Below are positions 20,466 to 29,520 of a stretch of DNA of 64,000 nucleotides, in pieces. The number at the start of each line of letters is the position of its first letter. Position 1 is the first letter of the stretch. The position numbers and the translations under genes are program-made. Source of the DNA: a virus (taxonomy: Duplodnaviria > Caudoviricetes); IMG/VR virus record IMGVR_UViG_3300028591_000075, positions 189,313-253,312 of that record; one strand, 5' to 3'. The notes beneath the pieces were generated by a model. That model searched no databases, was not told the DNA's origin, and saw only the letters and a list, made by a program, of their open reading frames with translations.

Positions 20466-20759
20466 ATGACTAGCGAAGAAATCAAGCAGAATGGTGACCT
20501 TCTCCTGAAGGCCATCAACGAAGCGGATGCCGCCTACGAGGCATTCCGCGTGGCCAAGGCCAAGAAGTTCCTTGACCAGGCCTGTCCCCTCAATCCGCCC
20601 GCCGGCTACAAGAAGCCGACGGAAGCAACCATTCTCGCCACCATTGACGCTGACGAGAACATTGCCCGTCTCCGCGTGGAAGCCGACAAGAAGGCCGCTA
20701 TCGCAAGCGTTGCCAAGTTGGTGTTCCAGGCTGAAACCGCGGCGATGAACGCAAAGTAG
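20466..20759 (+). CDS. Small helical protein, weakly UvsY-like
   Basis: AGGAG RBS. KPTEATILATIDADENIARL coiled segment. Confidence 0.4.
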   Translation: MTSEEIKQNGDLLLKAINEADAAYEAFRVAKAKKFLDQACPLNPPAGYKKPTEATILATIDADENIARLRVEADKKAAIASVAKLVFQAETAAMNAK

Positions 20760-20766
20760 GTAGCCC

Positions 20767-21432
20767 ATGTATTTTCTGAATGCCCGGAATGTTCCCGAGT
20801 TTGCCATGTACGCGACAAGGAAGGAGGCAGAAATTGCCAAGATTCCTCTTGCCGGCGGGCCGGCGATTTCTCAACGTTTCCTCACGAAACCGGAACTGCT
20901 GGAGAAGTTCCCCTTCATCCGGCATGTCGATTGCGAGAAGACGACGGACTGGGAGCATCCGGTATTCAGTGAAACGGGGACCTTCCTCGACTGCATACCC
21001 AACGGGTGGCAGAAACCATGGTTCATGGAAACCATGCTCATGTCCTTGAAGGCTGCCATCCAGGCGGACGGAATGGACATGGATAGGATCTACATGACCG
21101 ATGCCAAGGAGAAGTACGGTTCGCTCCGCATGGACTTCTCGACACCGGTTACCGAGGGCCATGCGTTCTCGGATATGTGCCTCGCCTGGGAGGAACTTGC
21201 CGGCTATTTCTGCTGCATGTGCGGCAAGCCGCATGTCTCCATTTCCAGGGGATGGATTTGCCCGTACTGCAAGGATTGCTGGGACGGCATAAACGGCCCG
21301 TTCACCGAGGCGCCATTGGAAAACCCCAAGATTAGCACCTGGGAAAACGGCGAGAGGGTTGAACGAGTTATCGACCTGAAACCACTTTTTGACAAGGTGG
21401 TCAGTGCCTGGGAGGACACAAATGTTAAGTAA
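20767..21432 (+). CDS. Hypothetical phage protein with Cys4 zinc site
   Basis: IPNGW, KEKYGSLR, CCMCG..GWICPYC. Confidence 0.55.
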   Translation: MYFLNARNVPEFAMYATRKEAEIAKIPLAGGPAISQRFLTKPELLEKFPFIRHVDCEKTTDWEHPVFSETGTFLDCIPNGWQKPWFMETMLMSLKAAIQADGMDMDRIYMTDAKEKYGSLRMDFSTPVTEGHAFSDMCLAWEELAGYFCCMCGKPHVSISRGWICPYCKDCWDGINGPFTEAPLENPKISTWENGERVERVIDLKPLFDKVVSAWEDTNVK

Positions 21433-21676
21433 ACTTTACATTGTTTTGGCACTCGCGATTGCCGGTTTCCTGGCAGGCTGCAGCAGCAACGTGGAACACT
21501 GGGAAGACCACGAGCGCATAGTCGAGATTGTCGATATCGACGGCGATTTCAGAATCTATTGCGACAAGACTACCAACATGGCCTACCTGTTCTATGTCGC
21601 GGGCCACAGGTCCGCAATCACGTCCTATCTCAATGCCGACGGCAACCCGGCCCGGTGCAACGAGGTTAGACGATAA
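21422..21676 (+). CDS. Small lipoprotein
   Basis: Signal peptide with lipobox LAGC. Confidence 0.65.
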   Translation: MLSKLYIVLALAIAGFLAGCSSNVEHWEDHERIVEIVDIDGDFRIYCDKTTNMAYLFYVAGHRSAITSYLNADGNPARCNEVRR

Positions 21677-21685
21677 ACTGCGGGC

Positions 21686-22828
21686 ATGAGTAAATCACCT
21701 AACAAATGGATAAATTGCGCCATCCCAGGGGTGGCGTTAACTACATGTATCGGATCCGTCTACTGCTGGTCGCAGTTCTCGGCGAACCTGATGCAGACAT
21801 TTAACATTACCCGGTTCCAGACGGACATCGGGTTCACCCTGATTATCTTCTTCCTGGGCATGTGTGCGGCGATTTTCGGTAGCACTATCGAGAAGAACCC
21901 GCGCCTCGGTGCCTGGCTCTCCACCATCATCTTCATCACGGGCTTCCTGATGCTCGGTACCGCTGTCACCATACAGTGCTTGCCGGCCTTCTATATTGCC
22001 ACGGCAATCATAGGCGCCGGTACGGGTATCGGTTACGTCACACCCGTAAAGACCCTCATGGCCTTCTTTGCCGACCATAAGGGGATGGCGTCCGGACTGG
22101 CGATTACCGGCTTCGGACTGGCAAAGTTCATCGCTTCCCCGGTTATCGAGTGGCTGCTTGCCACCGTGTCCTTGGCGAACATGTTCTACATCATGGGTGG
22201 AATATATGCCGCGGTGATGGTGGGGTCGTCCCTGCTTCTCCGCAAGTACCCATACATGGCACAGGAATACGGCAGTTCGGACTTCCGGTACGGGGACCTG
22301 CTGAAACGCAAGGAATGGTGGGCAATCTGGTTCATGTTCATGACCAACATTAGCTGCGGCCTGGCCATCATTTCCCAGGAGAAGATGTTGCTTCTCGGTT
22401 TGGGAATAGCCTCCGTCGCGGCAATCCTCTCGGGAACCGCGTTGTCCAATGCGGGTGGCCGTATCGGCTTCTCGACCCTCAGTGACAAGATCGGGCGCAA
22501 GGCCAGCTACCACTTCGTATGTTCCTTCGGCATCATGGGTGCCCTGTTCTGCATCACGGGCAACCCGGTCATGAGCGTCATTGGTATCCTCCTGTGCGAG
22601 GCTGCCTACGGTGGCAATTTCAGTGTCCTCCCGAGCCTTCTTGCACGCAGGTTCGGGATGACCAACGCCTCCCGCATACACTCGCTCACGCTTACCGGAT
22701 GGAGCGTAGGCGGCATCTTCGGACCCCTGCTTGCCAATACGTTCACGGGCACATCACTATACCTGGTACTCGCCATCCTGTACTTCATCGCGTTTTCCGT
22801 GATGGAGATGAATGTAAAGAAAGGTTAA
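21686..22828 (+). CDS. MFS transporter, oxalate:formate antiporter (OFA) family
   Basis: ~12 TM. IGSVYCWS, GIGYVTPVKTL, DHKGMASGLAITGFG, GRIGFSTLSDKIGR, YGGNFSVLP. Confidence 0.85.
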   Translation: MSKSPNKWINCAIPGVALTTCIGSVYCWSQFSANLMQTFNITRFQTDIGFTLIIFFLGMCAAIFGSTIEKNPRLGAWLSTIIFITGFLMLGTAVTIQCLPAFYIATAIIGAGTGIGYVTPVKTLMAFFADHKGMASGLAITGFGLAKFIASPVIEWLLATVSLANMFYIMGGIYAAVMVGSSLLLRKYPYMAQEYGSSDFRYGDLLKRKEWWAIWFMFMTNISCGLAIISQEKMLLLGLGIASVAAILSGTALSNAGGRIGFSTLSDKIGRKASYHFVCSFGIMGALFCITGNPVMSVIGILLCEAAYGGNFSVLPSLLARRFGMTNASRIHSLTLTGWSVGGIFGPLLANTFTGTSLYLVLAILYFIAFSVMEMNVKKG

Positions 22829-22858
22829 ATAATTATCCTGTGCGCATTTGGAGCCCGG

Positions 22859-22887
22859 TTGCCATTGGCACCGGGCTTTGCTACATT
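22859..22887 (+). promoter_or_regulatory. Host-sigma-type promoter, leaderless
   Basis: TTGCCA-17-TACATT-6 nt-ATG. Confidence 0.7.
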
Positions 22888-22893
22888 TGGGAC

Positions 22894-24108
22894 ATGGCAA
22901 AGAAGACACAATATCTAGTATCCGGTTCGGCCTACACTCCTGTAGGCGATTTGAGAAATGTGACAAGCAGCCTGGAACCCGCTGTTTATGAAATCAAGAG
23001 CGAAGCCTTCCGAGGCACGTTCCTGCAAATCCGTGAAAACGTGGACACTTCCGTCCCCGCCAAGATTTATGGTCGCATCCCTGGGATGCTCGCCAAGACC
23101 TTCCGTACCTTCGAGCGTCGCGACAAGAGCACCGGCGTACTCCTCTCCGGCGAACGCGGCATGGGCAAGTCCATGTTCGCCCGTCTGGCCGTTTCCGAGG
23201 CGTTGAAGCGCAGGATCCCGGTAGTCCTCCTCACCGGTAGCTGCGGCGTGGACGATGCAGTGGAAATCATCAACCAGATTACCCAGCCGATTGTCGTGGT
23301 CATGGACGAGTTCGAGAAGAACTTCCCCATGGAGGCGGATGACAACGACGATGACGAAAAGAAGGGTAAGCAGCAGAAATTCCTGTCCATGCTCGACGGC
23401 ATGGGCTCGTCCGAAAAGCGCCTGTTCATCGCCACGGTGAACGACACTTCCGACCTGAGCACGTTCTTCCTGAACCGTCCCGGACGCTTCTTCTACCATT
23501 TCGAGTTCAACACTCTCACCCACGAGGAAATGCGCGAGTACCTCGAAGGCGAATGCGACCGCAAGATTGTCAAGAAGAAGACCATCGACTACGCGGTGGC
23601 CTGCATGGGGACGTATGCCATCAACTATGACGGCATTGCCGCCATCGTGGAGGAACTGAACAGCGGTTCCCCCATCGAGGAGGCGCTTACCGACCTCAAC
23701 CTTGACCGCAAGGGTGACGATGCGTACGTGTTCAGCATCCGCATAAACGGCGCCGAATACACCTGCGAGAAGTGGTCCAGTCTGAACGACATCCGCGAGG
23801 AAACCAGCCGTGCCGAATACTTCTACCTCAAGGAGGGGGTGCATGGCAATGTGGGCCGCATCGGCAAGTCCGACATTCCAGGTTCCACGCTCATTATCCG
23901 GTATGACGGTACCGGCATGAAGCTGAACAAGGACGGTGTCGCGGTAATCCCGCGCAGTGCAATCCGCTCCATCGACCTGGACGACTGCTTTATTAAGAAG
24001 GGACGTACCGAGGTCAAGAAGGTTAGACCTGACGAACTGGGCAGCGTTGGCGACATCGTGCTCAACCCGATCAAGAGTGGTCCAAGGGCACTCTACCTGG
24101 ATGTCTAA
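22894..24108 (+). CDS. AAA+ ATPase
   Basis: Walker A GERGMGKS, Walker B VVMDEFEK, FLSMLDG, NRPGRF. Confidence 0.85.
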   Translation: MAKKTQYLVSGSAYTPVGDLRNVTSSLEPAVYEIKSEAFRGTFLQIRENVDTSVPAKIYGRIPGMLAKTFRTFERRDKSTGVLLSGERGMGKSMFARLAVSEALKRRIPVVLLTGSCGVDDAVEIINQITQPIVVVMDEFEKNFPMEADDNDDDEKKGKQQKFLSMLDGMGSSEKRLFIATVNDTSDLSTFFLNRPGRFFYHFEFNTLTHEEMREYLEGECDRKIVKKKTIDYAVACMGTYAINYDGIAAIVEELNSGSPIEEALTDLNLDRKGDDAYVFSIRINGAEYTCEKWSSLNDIREETSRAEYFYLKEGVHGNVGRIGKSDIPGSTLIIRYDGTGMKLNKDGVAVIPRSAIRSIDLDDCFIKKGRTEVKKVRPDELGSVGDIVLNPIKSGPRALYLDV

Positions 24109-24201
24109 TTCAGATGAGGTGGATAAAAGAGTGACCGCGTCAATAAGGCAATCTGACAGGTAAGAATTCTCCAGCTTTTCTTTAACCGACTTTAGAATAT
24201 A

Positions 24202-25182
24202 ATGACCAAGAACCGCAATTTACGCGAAGCGAAGACTGCCAAGAACGACGAGTTCTACACCAGTTATAGCGACGTATCCAAAGAGATGAAGGCGCTGTTC
24301 GAACGCGACCCCGGCTTTTTCACCAACCGCACCGTTTTGTGCCCGTGCAACGACCTTGAACATCCGGGGTTTCGTGACTTCTTCATCGACAACTTCCAGA
24401 CTCTGGGTATCCGCAGGCTCACCTGTACCAGCTATGCCCCTGGCCATTGCGGCCACGCGGAGACGGTTACCCTCAACCGTGGCGGTTACCTCAATGTTGT
24501 CCGCTGGGTGCTGGATGGCGACGGGGACTTCCGTTCCCCGGAAATCACGAAGTTCATGCAGCACTCCGACCTGGTCGTGACCAACCCCCCTTTCAGCTGT
24601 TTCCGGGAATTCGTGGACTGGGCGGACGGCGCCGGCAAGGACTTCTATATAATCGGAAACAAGAACTGTGTCAACTACAACGAGGTGTTCCGCAAGATGC
24701 GTTCCGGCAGGATCCAGCTTGGCATCACTTCCCCGGACGAGTTCGAGACGACGGAAGGCAATACCAAGAAGGTCACCGGTCTTTGTAGGTGGTACACGAC
24801 CATGTCTGTTCCCCGGAAGGAAGGCGAACGCGGTATCTATCTGAAGGCTACCTACGATCCGGCGAAATACCCTACGTTCGAAAATTTCGACGCGATTAAC
24901 ATCGACAGAGTTTCTGACATCCCGAAGGACTACTACGGGGTGATGGGTGTCCCGATTACGTTCTTCGACCATTTCGATCCGAAGCAGTTTGAGGTTCTTG
25001 GCCGGAGCGGGGACACAGTATGGGTATTCAATGAGTGCAAGTTCTTTACGCCCCCACCGGAGGAACGCCAGAAGGCGTACAAGGCCTACTACAAGAACTG
25101 GCGGGTACAGAACAGCTATCTGCTCGACGAGAACGGGATGCCGAAGTGTATCTATTACAGAGTTTTCGTAAGGAGGAAATGA
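24202..25182 (+). CDS. Adenine-specific DNA methyltransferase, EcoRI-methylase family
   Basis: KNDEFYT, GDFRSPE, VVTNPPFS, IPKDYYGVMGVPITF. Confidence 0.85.
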   Translation: MTKNRNLREAKTAKNDEFYTSYSDVSKEMKALFERDPGFFTNRTVLCPCNDLEHPGFRDFFIDNFQTLGIRRLTCTSYAPGHCGHAETVTLNRGGYLNVVRWVLDGDGDFRSPEITKFMQHSDLVVTNPPFSCFREFVDWADGAGKDFYIIGNKNCVNYNEVFRKMRSGRIQLGITSPDEFETTEGNTKKVTGLCRWYTTMSVPRKEGERGIYLKATYDPAKYPTFENFDAINIDRVSDIPKDYYGVMGVPITFFDHFDPKQFEVLGRSGDTVWVFNECKFFTPPPEERQKAYKAYYKNWRVQNSYLLDENGMPKCIYYRVFVRRK

Positions 25183-25183
25183 T

Positions 25184-25212
25184 GGGGCGGAGAAAATTCG
25201 CCCCGTTTTCCG
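25184..25212 (+). terminator. Intrinsic terminator
   Basis: GGGGCGGA-GAAAA-TTCGCCCC followed by GTTTT. Confidence 0.5.
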
Positions 25213-25288
25213 TTTTTACCTACAAAGAATAAAATAAATTACTATATTTATTCCAGAGTTATTAACTCCAGAGTTAAAAGGACCTCCC

Positions 25289-25879
25289 ATGAAGAATTTG
25301 ATACTGGTCATTGGCCGTTCAGGCTCCGGCAAGGACACCCTTGTCCGCTACGCGACAAACGCATTGAAAGATTTCCACAAGATTGTATCGGTGCCATCCT
25401 ATACGGACAGGCCCATCAGGCCAACCGAGACCCAAGGAGTAGAACATACATTCCTTACCGGGGAAGAATTCGACGACGTGCTGAAGCATGAGACCATATT
25501 CGCCTACACGAAGATAGGCGAAACCGGCTACAGGTACTGTTCCACGGTGGAAATGCTTGAACGCCTTGACGGCGACACCATCTTCTATGTAATCGACCCG
25601 AACGGCTACGATTACTGTTCCAATTTCAAGGACAGGTTCAACATGAAGGTGGTCTATATCCGGACATCCGGCAACATCAGGGAACAGAGGGCCAATGTGC
25701 GCAACGGTGACAATTTTACCTGGAAGAAGCGCAGTGCGGACGAGGATGAACAGTTCACCCGGTTCGAAGAATTGGCTCCCTGGGATGCCTGCATTTCCAA
25801 CGACGGTGCCCTCGTAACTGCCGAAAACGCCTTCGTACACGCAATCAGCGACTTTCTGAACGGGGCCAAGAATGGATAA
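25289..25879 (+). CDS. gmk: Guanylate kinase-like protein
   Basis: GRSGSGKDT, SYTDRPIRPTETQGVEHTF, VIDPNG. Confidence 0.75.
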   Translation: MKNLILVIGRSGSGKDTLVRYATNALKDFHKIVSVPSYTDRPIRPTETQGVEHTFLTGEEFDDVLKHETIFAYTKIGETGYRYCSTVEMLERLDGDTIFYVIDPNGYDYCSNFKDRFNMKVVYIRTSGNIREQRANVRNGDNFTWKKRSADEDEQFTRFEELAPWDACISNDGALVTAENAFVHAISDFLNGAKNG

Positions 25880-26777
25880 GCCGAACATGACTGTTCTCCG
25901 GGGAGTGAACCCGCGCAAGAGCGACTATACGACCTTCATGTTCCGTGGTGACTGTCTCGAACACCTGAAAGTCCTGGATGACGCATCGGTCGATATGATC
26001 CTCTGTGACCTCCCGTATGGTGTCACCCATAATCCCCATGACAAGAGGTTGCCCTTTGAACCGCTTTGGAAGGAGTACGAGCGCGTCATCAAGGACAACG
26101 GGGCGATAGTCCTTTTCGCCCAGGGCCTGTTCTATGTGGACCTTGTGGCATCCAATCGCAAGCTGTTCCGGTATGACCTGGTATGGGACAAGGTGCTAAC
26201 TACCGGGTTCCTGAATGCCAAAAAGATGCCGCTGCGGCAGCATGAGCAGATTGCGGTGTTCTACAAGCAGCTCCCGACCTACAATCCACAGTTCCATGAG
26301 GGAAAGCCCTTGCATGGGCGCGGGAACGCCTACAAGACCAAGGACCTCGTGAACAACAACTACGGGGACTTCAAGGCGACCGATGACGTTCGGAAGGGCA
26401 GCACCCAGAAGTACCCTACCTCGATTGTCAAGATTAACAAGCCGCACCCGTCCGCAAGCAACCACAGGACCGAGAAGCCAATCCCGCTCCTGGAATACCT
26501 CATCAGGACCTTCACCAATCCGGGTGAAGTCGTGATGGACAACTGCATGGGCGCCGGTGGCTGCGGTGTGGCCGCGTTGCATACCGGACGCCGTTTCGTG
26601 GGTATGGAAATCGACAATGAATACTATGACATTGCCGAAGATCGCATCTTTAAGGCCCATTCCGGGGATATAGACATTCATTACGATGTGAAGGTGGTGG
26701 GACATACCTCAGTGGATGCATTCAACGTAAAGGTGGAGGTTTCCGATGGAAAACTCAAAACAGAACAAGTTCAGTGA
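25872..26777 (+). CDS. N4/N6 site-specific DNA methyltransferase (beta class)
   Basis: GDCLE, DMILCDLPYG, HRTEKPIPLLEYLI, VMDNCMGAG, GMEID. Confidence 0.88.
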   Translation: MDKPNMTVLRGVNPRKSDYTTFMFRGDCLEHLKVLDDASVDMILCDLPYGVTHNPHDKRLPFEPLWKEYERVIKDNGAIVLFAQGLFYVDLVASNRKLFRYDLVWDKVLTTGFLNAKKMPLRQHEQIAVFYKQLPTYNPQFHEGKPLHGRGNAYKTKDLVNNNYGDFKATDDVRKGSTQKYPTSIVKINKPHPSASNHRTEKPIPLLEYLIRTFTNPGEVVMDNCMGAGGCGVAALHTGRRFVGMEIDNEYYDIAEDRIFKAHSGDIDIHYDVKVVGHTSVDAFNVKVEVSDGKLKTEQVQ

Positions 26778-27015
26778 TGTGGACATCAAAATTTACTCGG
26801 ACTTCTATGCCGACCCCAATTACGTCCTCGTAGGATACAAGGGCAAGTCTGTTGAGGCACCGGGTGTATTCTATATTCCGTACAAGAAGCCGAATATCTT
26901 CGTGCGCCTTTTCAGGAAAATCTTCGAAAGGTTCAGACATACATCGGAAGCGGTGCCGTTAAGCACGGATTCCAATGGATGGACCCTATATTCCTCTAAC
27001 GGGGGAATGGAATGA
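26746..27015 (+). CDS. Small protein containing a T4 gp23 (major capsid) C-terminal-like motif
   Basis: IYSDFYADPNYVLVGYKGKSVEAPGVFYIPY resembles the gp23 segment VYIDxYAxxDYFTVGYKGxNEMDAGIYYAPY. Confidence 0.5.
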   Translation: MENSKQNKFSDVDIKIYSDFYADPNYVLVGYKGKSVEAPGVFYIPYKKPNIFVRLFRKIFERFRHTSEAVPLSTDSNGWTLYSSNGGME

Positions 27016-27152
27016 AGGGGAACATAATTACGCCTCGGGGGATAATCGTCTCCCCGTACAGGAAGCCGAATGTTTTTGAATGCATACTGATGAAAATCAG
27101 GGGGCTTTTCGAAAGGCCGAAGAAGTTAAAAAACAAATGGAGTGCAGTATGA
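27012..27152 (+). CDS. 46-aa protein, paralog of the C-half of 26746-27015 (not in ORF track)
   Basis: MKGNIITPRGIIVSPYRKPNVFECILMKIRGLFER...; ATGA overlaps on both sides; PYRKPNVF ~ PYKKPNIF. Confidence 0.5.
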   Translation: MKGNIITPRGIIVSPYRKPNVFECILMKIRGLFERPKKLKNKWSAV

Positions 27153-27700
27153 AGGATACCCTCATTGTGAACCTGTATGGAGGTCCGGGAACCGGAAAAT
27201 CGACCGGTGCAGCCTATATCTTCTCTATGTTGAAGATGTCCGGTGTCGATGCCGAGTACGTGACCGAGTTTGCCAAGGACAAGGTGTGGGAAGGGAACCA
27301 GGAAGTTTTCAAGTGCCAGTTCTACATCACCGGGAAACAGGCGTACCGTATCGCACGGTGCTTTGGGAAGGTCGATGTAATCGTTACGGATTCGCCGATC
27401 CGCCTCGGGAAAATATATGCCGACATGATTGGGCGTACCCAGTTAGGTCTCGCGTGTATCGAGGATGCGGAGCAGTATGACGACCATTCTATCGACGTAT
27501 TCTTGCGGCGTGTCAAGCCATATAATCCGAATGGCAGGAATCAGTCTGAAGAGGAAGCCTGGCAACTCGACCAAAAAATCAAGAGCGTCATTCCGATGCC
27601 GTACTATGAGTTTGACGGGGACATTGACGGGTACAAGAAAATTTACAACCTAATCATGCAGAAAATGTCGCCCAGGTTGCTAGAAAGGACATCAAAGTGA
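27149..27700 (+). CDS. AAA_28/NadR-type P-loop kinase
   Basis: NLYGGPGTGKST, VTEFAKD, VIVTDSPI, YNPNGRNQS. Confidence 0.75.
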   Translation: MKDTLIVNLYGGPGTGKSTGAAYIFSMLKMSGVDAEYVTEFAKDKVWEGNQEVFKCQFYITGKQAYRIARCFGKVDVIVTDSPIRLGKIYADMIGRTQLGLACIEDAEQYDDHSIDVFLRRVKPYNPNGRNQSEEEAWQLDQKIKSVIPMPYYEFDGDIDGYKKIYNLIMQKMSPRLLERTSK

Positions 27701-28270
27701 TTTCCAATCGTTCCTGGCTCGTTCCAGGAACTTTTCGTATTCGTTCTTCGCCTGGATCATGTACTGGGTGATATACTGTTTCAGGAGTTCCTGGGCAAAA
27801 TGGCGGTTTCCTGGCGAGAAATACACATGGTTTCCCACCTGGCAGTACCCCTTGGCATCTACCTGGCTTTCCACATAGGAATCGACTTCTTCCGGCTCGG
27901 TCTCCACGATACCTGACAGCGGGGACCATTTCAGGTCATAAATGGCATCCGCTTTCGGGTGGCGCACATCGACAAACACCGTGATTTCCCTGCCTTCGAT
28001 GTCCTTGAATATGACCGCCTGGCCGGTGGTCGTATTTGCCACCTGGACGACAGAGAGCGAATTCTCGTATTGGCGGGAATGCTGCCCGGCCTTGGTGTCG
28101 GGATGAAAGATCAGCTTATGGTGATTTGGACACAGGGGTATTTCTATGTCCTTGTTCAGCTTGACTTTGAGTTCCTTCGGGTTTATGTGGTGGAATTCCA
28201 TCAGGGCCCGGTTGTCGGTCTCGTAGTCGCAATTCGGGAACACACACTTGTATTTCATCTGCATCTTCAT
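27692..28270 (-). CDS. HNH endonuclease-like protein
   Basis: CVFPNC..EFHHINP..PLCPNHHKLI. Confidence 0.65.
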   Translation of the reverse strand: MKMQMKYKCVFPNCDYETDNRALMEFHHINPKELKVKLNKDIEIPLCPNHHKLIFHPDTKAGQHSRQYENSLSVVQVANTTTGQAVIFKDIEGREITVFVDVRHPKADAIYDLKWSPLSGIVETEPEEVDSYVESQVDAKGYCQVGNHVYFSPGNRHFAQELLKQYITQYMIQAKNEYEKFLERARNDWKSL

Positions 28271-28289
28271 GGTGTAAAACTACATCCGG

Positions 28290-28318
28290 TTGCCGGTGCA
28301 AACATTTATTGCTATATT
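28290..28318 (+). promoter_or_regulatory. Host-sigma-type promoter, leaderless
   Basis: TTGCCG-17-TATATT-6 nt-ATG. Confidence 0.65.
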
Positions 28319-28324
28319 TTAGGT

Positions 28325-29314
28325 ATGATGAACTTATTCAAACTCTTCCTTAAACCCATCGATGTCACCGCGCTTGACGATATGCGTCTGTCCGACATCA
28401 TGAAACTCACTGGCCGTCTCCGGGATGGCAACAAAATTATCGTTCTCGACAAGGACAAGGGCCACCGTGCGAACCAGCTCCGGCAGTTAATCACCGATCG
28501 CCTCAGGCTGCTAATTGGCTGGTCAGGGCAGGCAGACGTTTCTGCACTGACCTTCGACAGCAACTGCGCCGATTCAATCACGGTATTCGAAGAGGAATTC
28601 AACAAGATGGTCCGCGAATATGCGACCGAGCACAAGCTGTACCATGAGGTATCGTCTTGGGCGATGGGTACCTCCAATGGTATCAACGACACCTTGGCAT
28701 ATTCGTACCATTTTAATCCGAATAACCAGGAAGACACACTTGCCAATATGGTAAAGGTAATTACCAAAGGCATAGTAAATGCGCACAGGTCATTCGACAA
28801 CCTGCAACGGATTGCCCGGAATTTTGAATGGGCTATTCCGGTTGTCGAATATATCAGGGTCTATCCTAGTGGCGATGATGATTGGGGTGCCCCCGTGTGG
28901 CATATCGAGAACCTCAGTATCACACCGGAAAACCTTAACGGCTTCATGGATGAAGCCAAGAACATCTTGCAGGACGAGGAGGCCCTCGCCGAATGGCGAA
29001 AGGAAATCATTGCCAGTTTCCGCATTGCCTCGTATGGACACCATGCGAATGTTGACTTTAATACGCCCAGTGTGACAGTACATACGCCGGACGAATGGAA
29101 GAAGACTTACTACGAAAGAATCAAGCCGGAGGCCGAACGTCGCGAACGCTGCAAGGACGTAATCGAAGAAATCAAGGGGCAGATGACCCGCGATGACGTA
29201 TTGCGCAGCATCGGCATTACCGAACTCGTTGACAAGTGCCGTCTCCTGGCCATTGAACACGCCAGTACCGATGGGACATTGGGTCCCTACCGGAACCTGC
29301 TGCAGGGGGAATAA
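28325..29314 (+). CDS. Hypothetical protein
   Basis: Long ORF starting 6 nt after the promoter -10. Confidence 0.6.
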   Translation: MMNLFKLFLKPIDVTALDDMRLSDIMKLTGRLRDGNKIIVLDKDKGHRANQLRQLITDRLRLLIGWSGQADVSALTFDSNCADSITVFEEEFNKMVREYATEHKLYHEVSSWAMGTSNGINDTLAYSYHFNPNNQEDTLANMVKVITKGIVNAHRSFDNLQRIARNFEWAIPVVEYIRVYPSGDDDWGAPVWHIENLSITPENLNGFMDEAKNILQDEEALAEWRKEIIASFRIASYGHHANVDFNTPSVTVHTPDEWKKTYYERIKPEAERRERCKDVIEEIKGQMTRDDVLRSIGITELVDKCRLLAIEHASTDGTLGPYRNLLQGE

Positions 29315-29319
29315 CCATA

Positions 29320-29520
29320 ATGACGTTTGACGAATTAAGAGAGTATCTGGGTGGTGCCGGTGACCGGTATGGCTACAGAGGTTCATTCGATAGCTGTAAG
29401 ATCATGATCATGACCGCAAATGGACCGGTCCCCGTTGAAAGCGCCCGGATCCATATCGATGAGGGCGGCATCGGGAGCATCGTTCTCTACCCCGAGGAGA
29501 CAAATGGCGATCTTGGGTGA
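29320..29520 (+). CDS. Small hypothetical protein
   Basis: In operon, overlaps the next start. Confidence 0.45.
   Translation: MTFDELREYLGGAGDRYGYRGSFDSCKIMIMTANGPVPVESARIHIDEGGIGSIVLYPEETNGDLG

Noticed and set aside
27692-28270. HNH as part of an intron or RM system
   Set aside because: Free-standing between intact genes, with no split gene or intron structure evident.
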